A DNA stretch of 64,000 bases from an uncultured archaeon (GTDB taxonomy: Archaea; Thermoplasmatota; Thermoplasmata; Thermoplasmatales; Thermoplasmataceae). This document shows positions 10,576 to 20,439 of this stretch, piece by piece. Within the stretch, counting starts at the first letter, position 1. Each line of letters opens with the position of its first letter. Made by a program: the position numbers and the translations under genes. The DNA lies in assembly GCA_000965745.1 (NCBI GenBank), contig CP009479.1:1600001-1664000 (forward strand), given 5' to 3'. The notes below the pieces were generated by a model. It made no database searches. It saw only the letters and a list, made by a program, of their open reading frames with translations, and was not told the DNA's origin.

Positions 10576-10702
10576 GTGACCTCCTCTCCCAGCTTTCGCA
10601 GGGAACCTCCTGTTCCAACGGTTGGAGGAATCTCCACAGGCTTGAATCCCCTCGGTCCCATGCTAATCCACCTGACTTTACGGACGCAGGCACGCATGGA
10701 GC
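10576..10702 (-). ncRNA. orphan IS605/TnpB right-end (omegaRNA-like) element, copy 1
   Basis: Homologous to 38110-38257; ends in a hairpin plus GAGGAGGTCAC; no tnpB. Confidence 0.6.
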
Positions 10703-10979
10703 AATATGCTATCTGACCACTTTCACGGCCTTCAGACGTTCCCTTTGGTTCTTCCAGATCATGTTTATATATCTCTCTGGGCCATGCATGGGATGTTCCA
10801 CACCATAGCTTGATGTAGGCTTCAACTTCTGCCCGATGATTTGCTCGAGCGTTCCACCATTTATCTTCAACCCCGGGGCTTCGATCTGTGACATATAAAA
10901 TCCGGGTATGTGTGGAAACTTTTCCCGGGATATTACAGAGGATTAAGTTTATCGTCTAAGATAAATTCTATAGCGGATC

Positions 10980-12923
10980 ATGAAAATTTACAACGCCGAT
11001 TCAATTATGAAGAACGTGATCAGCGACGGTTTTAACTGTGACAAGGAGGATTTAAACCTGATTATGAGCAGCAAGGAAGAGTTTGTCACTGTTCTTGAGA
11101 GTATCATTCAGGACCCTGTGGAGCTTTTGGAAGAGAGAAGTGAGGAAATCAGCGAATCAGTATCAATTGCAGCTCTTCTTTCCGGCGCGCTGATGAAAAA
11201 TAGGAATGTTTCCCCAATAACAGAGTTCATAGACATGTATTACGACTTACTCGAGCCTGCAGAAGAGTATCTCTCCTCTATAATAGCAGATGTAGCAGGC
11301 ACTGATTACGAATGCCTGGTAGAAAAACTGGAAGCGGGGGAAGGGTCAGAACACCTCAAAATGGAGTGCCTGGATGCCCTCTCAATAATTGGGCTCAAGC
11401 ATCCAAGTACTAGAGCAGCGATCATATCGTATCTTGGAGATCTGCTCTCCGGCGGAACTCTAAACCCACATTTGAACGGGTTCGTTGTTATAGCTCTGGA
11501 GAGTCTTGTTGCAAAGGAGAAGAAGAACGCCGTCATGGAAGCTTATATTAAAGGCACTGTGGACGAACAGATCATAAAGAAGGATGAATTTATAGAACTC
11601 ATCAAAGAGGAAACACTGGAAGATAATTATCATAGACTTTACTATAATCCGGAAGAGATACTTTCAGAGAAAGGCATTCAATCTCTTATAAAACGGGAGA
11701 GTGGATATGATGATGAATCGTTGAGGGAATTAATCGCTGAGGAGTTGTGGGGTTCATACCTTAATGCGGGTAGGAATGATCCTTGTCCATGCGGGAGTGA
11801 TAAGAAATTCAAGAAATGCTGCCTTCCCTATGTCAGGTCTTTTAAAAACTCAGAAACAGCGGTGGACACACTTCGCTATCTTATAGATCAGGAAATCGAG
11901 GATCGCCTTGAAAACGCGAACCTTGAGAAGGAATTGGATGCATCATACCGAAACATTTCAAACTCAGATAGCGCAGACAGGGACTTCTTGCTGGATTATG
12001 CTGTTCATGACCTGGACAGAGAAGGGAATGGGTCCATGTTAAACGAATTTTCAGAGAAAGAATCTATCAAGTTAGAGCCTGATGAAACTGAACTTATCAA
12101 ATCCTGGGCAGGTGAATCTTATTCGCTTCTGCGTGTAAAGGGCATTAGGAGAGGTCTTGGTGTTGTTGCTGAAGATCTGTTCTTTGGAGGGGGGAAGGAA
12201 GAATTTATTGTCAGCCCATCAATTTCTGTGAGGGTATCCAATCAGAAATTCATTTTTTTTAGACCGTACCATGTAAGAGGGATAATTCTGGTGTCCGGGC
12301 CGCTTCTTCGCCTTTCCGATATTCCGGCGAAAAGTTTGATCAAAGCCATACTTGAATTGTACAAGGGAAACGCTCCGGATGATAATGCGATTGAAAAGGT
12401 CATTAATGGTAATTTCCAAGGCGGCAAAGATTTCAGGGATTTCATGAAGAAGAGGTCACTGGAGGTAATGGATTCAGCGTTCGAAATTCATGATATGGTA
12501 AAAAGGACTGTACATGTAACAGCAGAGGGGGATGAGTTGTCCCCGACCAGATCCATTGTTTATGTCAGGGACCCGGAAAGTGCAGTAAAAACCTTACTGT
12601 CTGATGATGATTTTGATCACTCGCTTGAACATAACGAAGATAAAGATATGCTTGTATGGTTTGGTTCGGATCTTCAGGCTGATATTGAACCTGATGATGC
12701 TTCTGGAAGCGATGGCGCCATCAGGGAAGTGATTGAGGATAGTGCCCAGGATAAGGATGGAGAATCCAGGGGCATAAGGGGAACAATCTTCCTGATGAAC
12801 AATGCAATGGGTATTGAATGCATGTCCAAGAGAAGACACGATGCCCTGATACAACGGATAAAGAATCTGTTAGGGGATAATATTGATGAGGTAAAGGACC
12901 TCAATATAAACCCTTTCGGATAA
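10980..12923 (+). CDS. SEC-C motif protein (DUF1186-like N-terminus)
   Basis: [18 protein letters not shown]; acidic helical protein. Confidence 0.85.
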   Translation: MKIYNADSIMKNVISDGFNCDKEDLNLIMSSKEEFVTVLESIIQDPVELLEERSEEISESVSIAALLSGALMKNRNVSPITEFIDMYYDLLEPAEEYLSSIIADVAGTDYECLVEKLEAGEGSEHLKMECLDALSIIGLKHPSTRAAIISYLGDLLSGGTLNPHLNGFVVIALESLVAKEKKNAVMEAYIKGTVDEQIIKKDEFIELIKEETLEDNYHRLYYNPEEILSEKGIQSLIKRESGYDDESLRELIAEELWGSYLNAGRNDPCPCGSDKKFKKCCLPYVRSFKNSETAVDTLRYLIDQEIEDRLENANLEKELDASYRNISNSDSADRDFLLDYAVHDLDREGNGSMLNEFSEKESIKLEPDETELIKSWAGESYSLLRVKGIRRGLGVVAEDLFFGGGKEEFIVSPSISVRVSNQKFIFFRPYHVRGIILVSGPLLRLSDIPAKSLIKAILELYKGNAPDDNAIEKVINGNFQGGKDFRDFMKKRSLEVMDSAFEIHDMVKRTVHVTAEGDELSPTRSIVYVRDPESAVKTLLSDDDFDHSLEHNEDKDMLVWFGSDLQADIEPDDASGSDGAIREVIEDSAQDKDGESRGIRGTIFLMNNAMGIECMSKRRHDALIQRIKNLLGDNIDEVKDLNINPFG

Positions 12924-13359
12924 TATCCAGTAAGCCTGCTATTGAAACATTACGCATCAGCTGGAACCGGGTGCAATCTATTCGGTCTTGCATGGGTTGG
13001 ATGTAGCCAACCTTCTTTGATCGACGTTCCGTTGCTGGCGTCAGGAGACCATCGTTGTTAATGATTCAGTAATTTTAGTGTTGAAGAGACCGGAAGTGTG
13101 AACGAAGTGCTTCTATGAAAAAAGTTCCTTTGAAATTCTGTTTATCTCTCCTCATTGTTGGTTTTATCGTCTCTTCATAATCAGTCGCCCTAACTGGCCC
13201 TTTTGCATTCTGGGACATTGAACTGACTTTCACGTCTGCCAGTTTACCAATGTTATCAGGTAACCCTTCCCTTCCTGACAGCATATATCCAATATCCAAC
13301 GATATTAAGATGTTAGGAAGCTTGCCTGATCACACTGTCCTGCAGAAATGTTGCGGGTA

Positions 13360-13695
13360 TCATACTTCAGGCCGGGATTCGCTGGCAATATTGGTTTTGA
13401 TCCTTACCACGAAGTGCTCCGCCACATTCTCAACCCTCGACAGCAACCTGCGTGCTTCGGGCTCGAACACTGCCACCTCAAAATTCTCGCCTGCAAATTC
13501 CTTCACACTGTCCATGGAATCAAAGAAATTTACCACCATGAATTTCGACTCCTTATCTCCGTCTTTGCGCATTACCTGTGTCCCAAGATATCCATTAATC
13601 TTATTGAGGCTAGGCAGTACCGTCTCCCGGAGAACCTTCTCATACTCACCCGCATCTTCCAGCTCAGTCCACCCAGTCCATGTTCTTGCTATCAT
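13360..13695 (-). CDS. ABM (dimeric alpha+beta barrel) protein
   Basis: MIARTWTG...FDSMDSVKEFAG..E.AV.EPEA; GGAGG SD. Confidence 0.85.
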   Translation of the reverse strand: MIARTWTGWTELEDAGEYEKVLRETVLPSLNKINGYLGTQVMRKDGDKESKFMVVNFFDSMDSVKEFAGENFEVAVFEPEARRLLSRVENVAEHFVVRIKTNIASESRPEV

Positions 13696-13957
13696 CCTGT
13701 CCTCCTCAACCAGTTAAGTGAGAAAACAGTTATTATTTTGTATGCCAGCCCTTCAACCACAAAAAAGGCACGATCTCATTCAAAGGTAAGTGTGTCTGAT
13801 AAGGCACTATTTTGCCAGGGATTTTCCCCGCAGATGACAATAGGATATAAACGAGGACCAAATAGCAGGGTGCATTTGAGATCATCGCAAAGAATCACTT
13901 CAACCGATGAAATGATTAAGAGATGGTTAAGGAGTAATGGACAACAAAGGTGGAAAA

Positions 13958-14887
13958 ATGGCAAAAAATGAGTGGACAGCGGAAAACATCCCTTCACAGC
14001 AGGGAAAAATTATACTGATAACCGGTGCGAACAGCGGTCTCGGCCTCGAGGCAACAAGGGTGCTGAGCGCCAAGGACGCCCATGTCATAATGGCAGTTCG
14101 CAATATGAACAAGGGGAAGGAGGCAGCATCAAAAATAAGGGAGGAGTATCCGAAATCGCAACTGGAGCTGATGCATCTTGACCTTGCCGACTTTGACTCA
14201 ATTCGCAAATTCTCGGAAGAATTCCATTCAAAACATTCTAAACTTGATGTTTTGATAAACAACGCAGGCGTTATGTCTCCACCCAGGAGGGAAGCCACAA
14301 AACAGAATTTCGAGCTTCAGTTCGGCACAAATCATCTGGGGCATTTTCTTCTGACTGGATTATTGCTTAATGTCCTCAAAAATACGCACAATTCAAGGAT
14401 TACTGTTCAGAGCAGTCTTGTCCACAAAACGAAATTCTACAAGGCCGACATACATTTTGACGATTTGAACTGGGAGAATAGCTACAATAAAAACCAGTCC
14501 TACTCGCAGAGCAAGCTGGCAAATCTGCTGTTTGCCTATGAGCTTGACCGGAGACTTAAGAGGCACAACATTCAGACCATTGTAACCGCAGCACACCCAG
14601 GCTACTCAAGCACAAACCTTCAAAAGAACTTCGGATTTTTTGTATCGTTGATAGGAAACTCACTCATCGCCCAGAGTGCCAGGATTGGTGCATTGCCAAT
14701 TCTGAGAGCTTCTACTGAAGAGGGCCTGAAGGGATCAGAATATTTCGGCCCTACAAGGATGGGTGAAACCAGGGGTTACCCTGAAAAGGTGCAATCCAGT
14801 GACAAGTCTTACAATGAAGATCTTGCCAGGAAACTGTGGGATATATCGGAAAAGCTCACTGGAATAAGTTACAATTTTGAAGAATGA
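13958..14887 (+). CDS. SDR oxidoreductase (retinol dehydrogenase-like)
   Basis: TGANSGLG, NNAG, TNHLGHF and YSQSK motifs. Confidence 0.93.
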   Translation: MAKNEWTAENIPSQQGKIILITGANSGLGLEATRVLSAKDAHVIMAVRNMNKGKEAASKIREEYPKSQLELMHLDLADFDSIRKFSEEFHSKHSKLDVLINNAGVMSPPRREATKQNFELQFGTNHLGHFLLTGLLLNVLKNTHNSRITVQSSLVHKTKFYKADIHFDDLNWENSYNKNQSYSQSKLANLLFAYELDRRLKRHNIQTIVTAAHPGYSSTNLQKNFGFFVSLIGNSLIAQSARIGALPILRASTEEGLKGSEYFGPTRMGETRGYPEKVQSSDKSYNEDLARKLWDISEKLTGISYNFEE

Positions 14888-15315
14888 TGAAGCAGAAGGT
14901 CAGGGTTTCTTCATAATTTTTTTCAAACGTTATTCGACACCTTACACTGAAAATATCATTTCCAGTATCAATCCTAAATTCTCCTTCAGTACCGCCGGCC
15001 GGACTGACAATATCGGGATAAAAAACTATCCTGAAGTGAGTAGGGGGTTTCTTCCTTCCTTGAGGTAGGGAACTACGTTATAATGTCAAAAAATCAATTT
15101 ACACTTAAAATTGGAAATGTACGGTTCGTTTACGGCATCGAAAATTGGAAGTATCCGCCAGGAAGAAATGAAAGGTAATGTGAGGAAATACAGATACATC
15201 TCAAACTCTGACACCCTTTGGAAGAGCCGACAATTCCGCAACCGCAAATATTGTCAAATTCCCGGGCTCAACTGTAAGTACCACAATCTTTATGAGATGA
15301 AATACTGAATAAATC

Positions 15316-15999
15316 ATGGATAACAGTACTCCGGTCCTTCTTGTCATTGATATGACGAACGATTTTGTTTTTGAAGATTTCAACAAGAATCTGGCATTGA
15401 AGAGAGCTAAGGGCCTTATACCCGGAATAAGGGAACTGCAGGAACTCTTCCTGAAGAAAGGATTCCCGGTGATATTCCTGAGTGACAGGCATCTCGAATC
15501 TGATTTCGAGTTAAAAAAATGGGGGCCACACTCCATGAAAGGAACAGAGGGCTCACAGATAGTCGACGGTCTCCTGACGAAAGGCATCCTGACTTTTGAA
15601 AGGGACTGGGAACAGGAAGACCTTAAGAAAGCAAGAGGGAAAGAACCTCCACTTTATGAAGTTGAAAAAGGCTCATACAGTGGCTTCACTGACAACGGAG
15701 GCATTCCTACAGCATTGTCATCCCTCCTGAACAAACTCGGGATAGGCCCGGGCAGCAGTTTATACATTACGGGGCTCCACGCAAACTGTTGCGACAAGCA
15801 TACCGCAGCAGATGCCTGGTTCAGAGGCTATGAGCCGGTCATGGTAAGTGATTGCGTTGACTCATTTGACAACACGGAGGGTGTTCTTGGGATGGGAACC
15901 ACTGAAGCCTTGGCATATGAAAAATACTGGTATGATGCCAGAATAATGACATCAGACGAGGTCAAGAAGCATTTGGCGGGACTGCCTGTGAAAGCTTGA
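15316..15999 (+). CDS. isochorismatase/nicotinamidase-family cysteine hydrolase
   Basis: VIDM..DF, DRH, WGPH and EK..YSGF motifs; catalytic Cys in ANCC. Confidence 0.85.
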   Translation: MDNSTPVLLVIDMTNDFVFEDFNKNLALKRAKGLIPGIRELQELFLKKGFPVIFLSDRHLESDFELKKWGPHSMKGTEGSQIVDGLLTKGILTFERDWEQEDLKKARGKEPPLYEVEKGSYSGFTDNGGIPTALSSLLNKLGIGPGSSLYITGLHANCCDKHTAADAWFRGYEPVMVSDCVDSFDNTEGVLGMGTTEALAYEKYWYDARIMTSDEVKKHLAGLPVKA

Positions 16000-16002
16000 G
16001 TC

Positions 16003-16794
16003 TCAGCTCGGTGATACAAACTTCTCTTCAGCTGGATACACAATAGTTCCAGGCTCGTTGGTGAAATTGCTCCTTACGTGGAATGTAACCCGGTTCTCCA
16101 TAGCCAGGCTCACCGCCTTGTGATGAATCACCCTTGCGCCTGTTTGAGCCATAAGGAGCAGTTTTCCTGCGGACATCCTGTCAAGAAGCCTGGCATCAGG
16201 ATCTACCTTGGGGTCTCCGGTCATTACGCCAGGCACATCCTTGAATATCTCAACTCTCTTGGCCCCCAGCGCAGCCGCGAGAGCTATTGCCGTAATGTCA
16301 CTTCCACCTCTCCCGAGTGTTGTAACCTCGCCGGTGATAGCCCTTCCCTGAAATCCGGCCACAACGGGAGTCTTACCTTCGGACAGCACCTCGACAATCC
16401 TCCTTCCGTCAAGATTCACTATCGAGCCCTTTCCGTGGTTGTCACTTGTCAATATTCCAGCCTGGCTCCCGGTCATTGGGAAAGCGGTTACACCATTCGC
16501 GGTCAGATAGCTGGAAAGGACAACGGTACTGATGATTTCCCCACATGACATGAGCAAATCAACGTCACGCGAAGGAACTTTCACGGTCTCGAGAAGCGAA
16601 AGAAGGGTGTCGGTGGAGTAGGGGTCTCCCGTTCTACCCATGGCAGAAGCGACCACCACGACATCCAGATTGTTTGCCAGATGCTCCCTTATATGCTTGA
16701 ATGCCCACCTTCTCCCCTCAGGGGTTGAGATTGAGGTGCCTCCGAATTTCAACACAGCTATGTTCATTCTTGCCATCTCCATTGAATTAGACAC
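16003..16794 (-). CDS. lysC: aspartate kinase (catalytic domain only)
   Basis: KFGGTS, TD.L, CGE and TTLGRGGSD motifs; no ACT domains. Confidence 0.88.
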   Translation of the reverse strand: MSNSMEMARMNIAVLKFGGTSISTPEGRRWAFKHIREHLANNLDVVVVASAMGRTGDPYSTDTLLSLLETVKVPSRDVDLLMSCGEIISTVVLSSYLTANGVTAFPMTGSQAGILTSDNHGKGSIVNLDGRRIVEVLSEGKTPVVAGFQGRAITGEVTTLGRGGSDITAIALAAALGAKRVEIFKDVPGVMTGDPKVDPDARLLDRMSAGKLLLMAQTGARVIHHKAVSLAMENRVTFHVRSNFTNEPGTIVYPAEEKFVSPS

Positions 16795-17833
16795 TCGCAG
16801 ATTCCTTTCTGCTGGAGGTGAGTAGCTCGGCTATTTGTACGGCGTTCCATGCAGCACCCTTCAGCACATTGTCGGCAACAATGAACATAAGGACCGTGGT
16901 TGGATCATCGAGATCCTGCCGGATTCTGCCAACAAAGGTCTCCCCACTGCCTTCCGAGTATCTGGGATGGGGGTAGATTCCATTCTCGGGATCATCCATT
17001 ACGGTTATGCCGGGTGAAGCCGCCAGAATTCCTCTAACCTGATCTGCGGAGACCTTGTCCTTGAACTTTACAGCCACAGTCTCGGAGTGCCCATACATGA
17101 CCGGGACACGAACTGCAGTAACACTCATTTTGAGGTCCGGAGACCCAAGGATCTTTCTGCTTTCCAGTAGAAGTTTCATTTCCTCCCGGGTGTAACCGTT
17201 CTCGAGAAAGTAATCACATTTCGGGACAGCATTGAATGCAAAAGGAACCTCACTTCCTCCAGCCCTGCTTCTCGAACGACCATCAAGTACGGAGTTTGTT
17301 TCTTCCAAAAGCCTGTCTATTCCTTTCTGGCCCATTCCACTCACTGACTGGTAAGTTGAAACAAAAACATGCTCGATTCCAAGTTTCATCAGCGGCTTAA
17401 GCGCCACTACAAGCTGAATAGTGGAGCAGTTTGGATTTGCTATTATTCCACTGTTTTCAAAAGCCTTCTCCGGGTTGACTTCCGGGACAACAAGCGGAAT
17501 TTCATCTTTCATCCTGTGCGCACTGCTGTTGTCGATTACTAGCGAACCATGTGCCACCGCTATGTCAGAGAATTCAAGGCTAGCGTCAGATCCGGCACTG
17601 AAGAGTGATATGTCAACCCCTTCAAAGGAACCTTCCGTGACAGCTTCAACTTCAACTTCTTTCTCGTTGTAATAAAGGGTTTTTCCTGCTGATTTTCCGG
17701 TTGCCAGGAGTCTAATTCCTGTAATCGGGAAGTTGCGTCTCTCAAGCGTTTTCAGCATAGCCCTCCCAACCAGGCCTGTGGCGCCAAGTATTGCCACAGT
17801 ATAGGATTCCTTCTCCATGACATCCGGTTTCAT
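16787..17833 (-). CDS. asd: aspartate-semialdehyde dehydrogenase
   Basis: GATGLVG, NPNCST, RVPV..GHSE and DNVLKGAA motifs. Confidence 0.95.
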   Translation of the reverse strand: MKPDVMEKESYTVAILGATGLVGRAMLKTLERRNFPITGIRLLATGKSAGKTLYYNEKEVEVEAVTEGSFEGVDISLFSAGSDASLEFSDIAVAHGSLVIDNSSAHRMKDEIPLVVPEVNPEKAFENSGIIANPNCSTIQLVVALKPLMKLGIEHVFVSTYQSVSGMGQKGIDRLLEETNSVLDGRSRSRAGGSEVPFAFNAVPKCDYFLENGYTREEMKLLLESRKILGSPDLKMSVTAVRVPVMYGHSETVAVKFKDKVSADQVRGILAASPGITVMDDPENGIYPHPRYSEGSGETFVGRIRQDLDDPTTVLMFIVADNVLKGAAWNAVQIAELLTSSRKESASV

Positions 17834-17960
17834 GGAGAGCGTTAATTTCGAGGGAGACTTATACTTAACGGATAAAAATATTACTCCCATTCATCCAGCA
17901 ACTGTAAACAAGCAAAGGTGGAGTGTGTCTCCAGATTTGCATATTTACACATGCTATGGA

Positions 17961-19496
17961 TCATGAGACAGTGACATCACTGTGTCTTTCCACATCCACA
18001 CCGGTTGCAGGAGCCGAGGCGTTATAGAGGCTCAAGTTAGTAGTGATCCACATGAGCGGGAGCAGTGCTGCCCAGGCTGCTATGCTGAACTCCACCTGCT
18101 GTGTGATCCCGAACTCAGGCCACAGAAGTACCCTGAAAGTAGAAGAAATGTACAGAATTACAACAGGTATCATGCCGAGCATAAGGGCGAGATACTCATC
18201 AACAAGCTTTTTTGCTGCTCCAGAGTAATGGGACCTCGCTATTCCGAACAATACCCCTGAGATGAACAGGGAGATGTTCATGGCTGCAAAAATCTGAGCG
18301 TTGTAGAAGGCAGCTGATGCAAAAGCAGGTATGAACCACATTACTCCAATAATGCTGGCGAGAGCGATCAGAAATGCGGGAATAGTTTTTTTCCCATTGA
18401 AATTCAGAAACTGTGAGTATATTATTACATCCGCATACCCGACGAGAACCATCCCAATGCCGGTTCCGAAAAAGAAGAATATATTGCCTATCTGGCCCAT
18501 GTATATTCCTATTACTTCATACAGAGGAAGAAGTACTGTGACGACAGAAACTGTCACATAAGATTCACGAAGCTTGTTCAGGCCGGATATCCTGTTCAGG
18601 AACCCGACTCTGACATTCTTTCCAAAATAACGGGTGAGAAGGATGTATGTTGCAAGGAGCAGGATCAGGCTTTCCAGCAGGAGAGGTATCATGGCAACAG
18701 TGAGTATCAGCGCAGTCATGGTTGGAAAAAGTGATATGCACCCCTCGCACTGGCAGCTTAATGCTCCCGCGACACCATACAGCGTGCTATGCAACCCTTT
18801 ATGATTTCCGCCTTTTGTAAGGCGGTTGAATATTCCGTTGTAGTTTTCTGTAAGAAGTATGGCTATGATGGTAAACAAAACTATACTGGCTGGGCTGACC
18901 ATTATAACAAAAAAGGGGGTATAGAAGGCGAAGCCACCCTGAAACAGGAATGGAATTCCTTCAAACTGGGTGTCGAAAACGCTCCCGATCTGTACAAAAG
19001 TCAAGGGAAAATTTCCGGGTTGAACAGCAAAAATCAGGAGCTTTGAGACAAAGAACATGAAAAGGGTTGCAAGCACGAATATTATGATCTTCCTGGCATT
19101 GTCCCGTTCTCCTCTTACGGCAATGTACCAAGTGGCTGCGAATGCCAGAAACGAGATTGATGGCATTGGAAGGAGGTAAGGGTAACGGACAGAGGATAAA
19201 ACAATTCCAAGGTATGACAGGAAAGTCATTGGCAATAAATAGAATCCAAGCTTGGGAACACGACGGTACAGGATATGAGAGATAGCAGGGGCTAAAACAG
19301 GGAAGGCGATTATGATGAACTTCTCTTGCCCAAATCCGTAGTTGAATACCAGCTTTCCTTCTTGAACCGCAGAAACAAAAAATACAAGAATGGATATGGA
19401 AGATGCCAGAATGAGGAGAGCCTGGTGTTTTTTCCAGGTCTCACCTTTACCTGATTCCGGATCGAGGGTTGAGGCAGCCAACTTAACTCTGTTCAT
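17961..19496 (-). CDS. multi-pass membrane protein with CxCxxC motif
   Basis: About 13-14 TM segments; SCQCEGC; lies 10 bp downstream of the cupredoxin gene. Confidence 0.8.
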   Translation of the reverse strand: MNRVKLAASTLDPESGKGETWKKHQALLILASSISILVFFVSAVQEGKLVFNYGFGQEKFIIIAFPVLAPAISHILYRRVPKLGFYLLPMTFLSYLGIVLSSVRYPYLLPMPSISFLAFAATWYIAVRGERDNARKIIIFVLATLFMFFVSKLLIFAVQPGNFPLTFVQIGSVFDTQFEGIPFLFQGGFAFYTPFFVIMVSPASIVLFTIIAILLTENYNGIFNRLTKGGNHKGLHSTLYGVAGALSCQCEGCISLFPTMTALILTVAMIPLLLESLILLLATYILLTRYFGKNVRVGFLNRISGLNKLRESYVTVSVVTVLLPLYEVIGIYMGQIGNIFFFFGTGIGMVLVGYADVIIYSQFLNFNGKKTIPAFLIALASIIGVMWFIPAFASAAFYNAQIFAAMNISLFISGVLFGIARSHYSGAAKKLVDEYLALMLGMIPVVILYISSTFRVLLWPEFGITQQVEFSIAAWAALLPLMWITTNLSLYNASAPATGVDVERHSDVTVS

Positions 19497-19506
19497 TCCC
19501 GGACTT

Positions 19507-20184
19507 TCAGGAAACTACAACTGTTCCTGTCATCCATCCGGCTGTTGCCATAGCGCCGCTCCAGCCGTTACTCCCTGATCCGCAAGGAGCCTGGCATTGC
19601 CAGTGGTAAGTTCCTGCCCCGTTAATGTACAGATTGGCATGAACTACAGATGATGGTGGAATCGGAATGTTGAGGTTCAGGCCGGAGACCGTGAATGTAT
19701 GCGCAACATTGTCCAGCTGAATGCCCCTTACAGCTTGCCCGCCAGAAACGTTTATCGAAGCTCCGCTTGGAGAACTGGAATTCACATTCGTGTTATTGAC
19801 TACTGTTATGACGTTTCCGACAGTGCCGCTAACATTGTAGTAGATAACGCCATTCGAACCTGCTCCCGGAGGCCCCAGCGGAAACGCCGGGCCATCATCA
19901 TAGTTTATTATTGTGAGGCTTATTCGCTGGTTCTGCGGAAAATAGAGCACCGATGACGACTGCAGTGTGCCATTGGATAATACATAGAAGGAAGGTTGAT
20001 CGCCTGTGGACTTGTTGAACTGGTTGTTCGTGGTAATCACGAGCGTAATCTTGTCTGTGCTCGCAGCAGGACTTGATTTGCCATGGACGTAAGAAAGGTT
20101 ATACGATATCCCGAAAGCTGAAACTGCAACTATTGCAACAACAGCCACTATAAACAATCTATTGCTTATTGCCATGTTAAACAC
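19507..20184 (-). CDS. membrane-anchored cupredoxin (sulfocyanin/CuA-like)
   Basis: N-terminal TM; HTFT...GTYHWQCQAPCG...AM...WM.G.VVV. Confidence 0.8.
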   Translation of the reverse strand: MFNMAISNRLFIVAVVAIVAVSAFGISYNLSYVHGKSSPAASTDKITLVITTNNQFNKSTGDQPSFYVLSNGTLQSSSVLYFPQNQRISLTIINYDDGPAFPLGPPGAGSNGVIYYNVSGTVGNVITVVNNTNVNSSSPSGASINVSGGQAVRGIQLDNVAHTFTVSGLNLNIPIPPSSVVHANLYINGAGTYHWQCQAPCGSGSNGWSGAMATAGWMTGTVVVS

Positions 20185-20439
20185 TATCTACGTGCGATAG
20201 TGCGGTTTACTATAAATTTATTTCCAGAAACAGCTACAAAAACTATACATAGGTACAACATCCACACATACTGAATTGTGAGTAAGTACGATTGTGCAAG
20301 TTCTTCCCGAGTTTCTGCTCTTTCTGTTCGGGATTTATTTTACGGATTTTAGTTCGAGAGAAAAATTCTGAAAAAGTTATCAGTACTTATTTTTCATACA
20401 TGTTGACCTACATTTAACGGCTATTATAAAAGATTAAAA

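Noticed and set aside
12930-13340. ORF 13075-13299 as a gene or IS remnant
   Set aside because: No recognisable motif.
15030-15075. Third IS605-like end hairpin
   Set aside because: Weak stem, with no terminal motif or similarity to the two copies.
589-16000. attR duplicate of the tRNA-Leu 3' end, or an integrase
   Set aside because: Neither was found by eye, so an island boundary cannot be defined.
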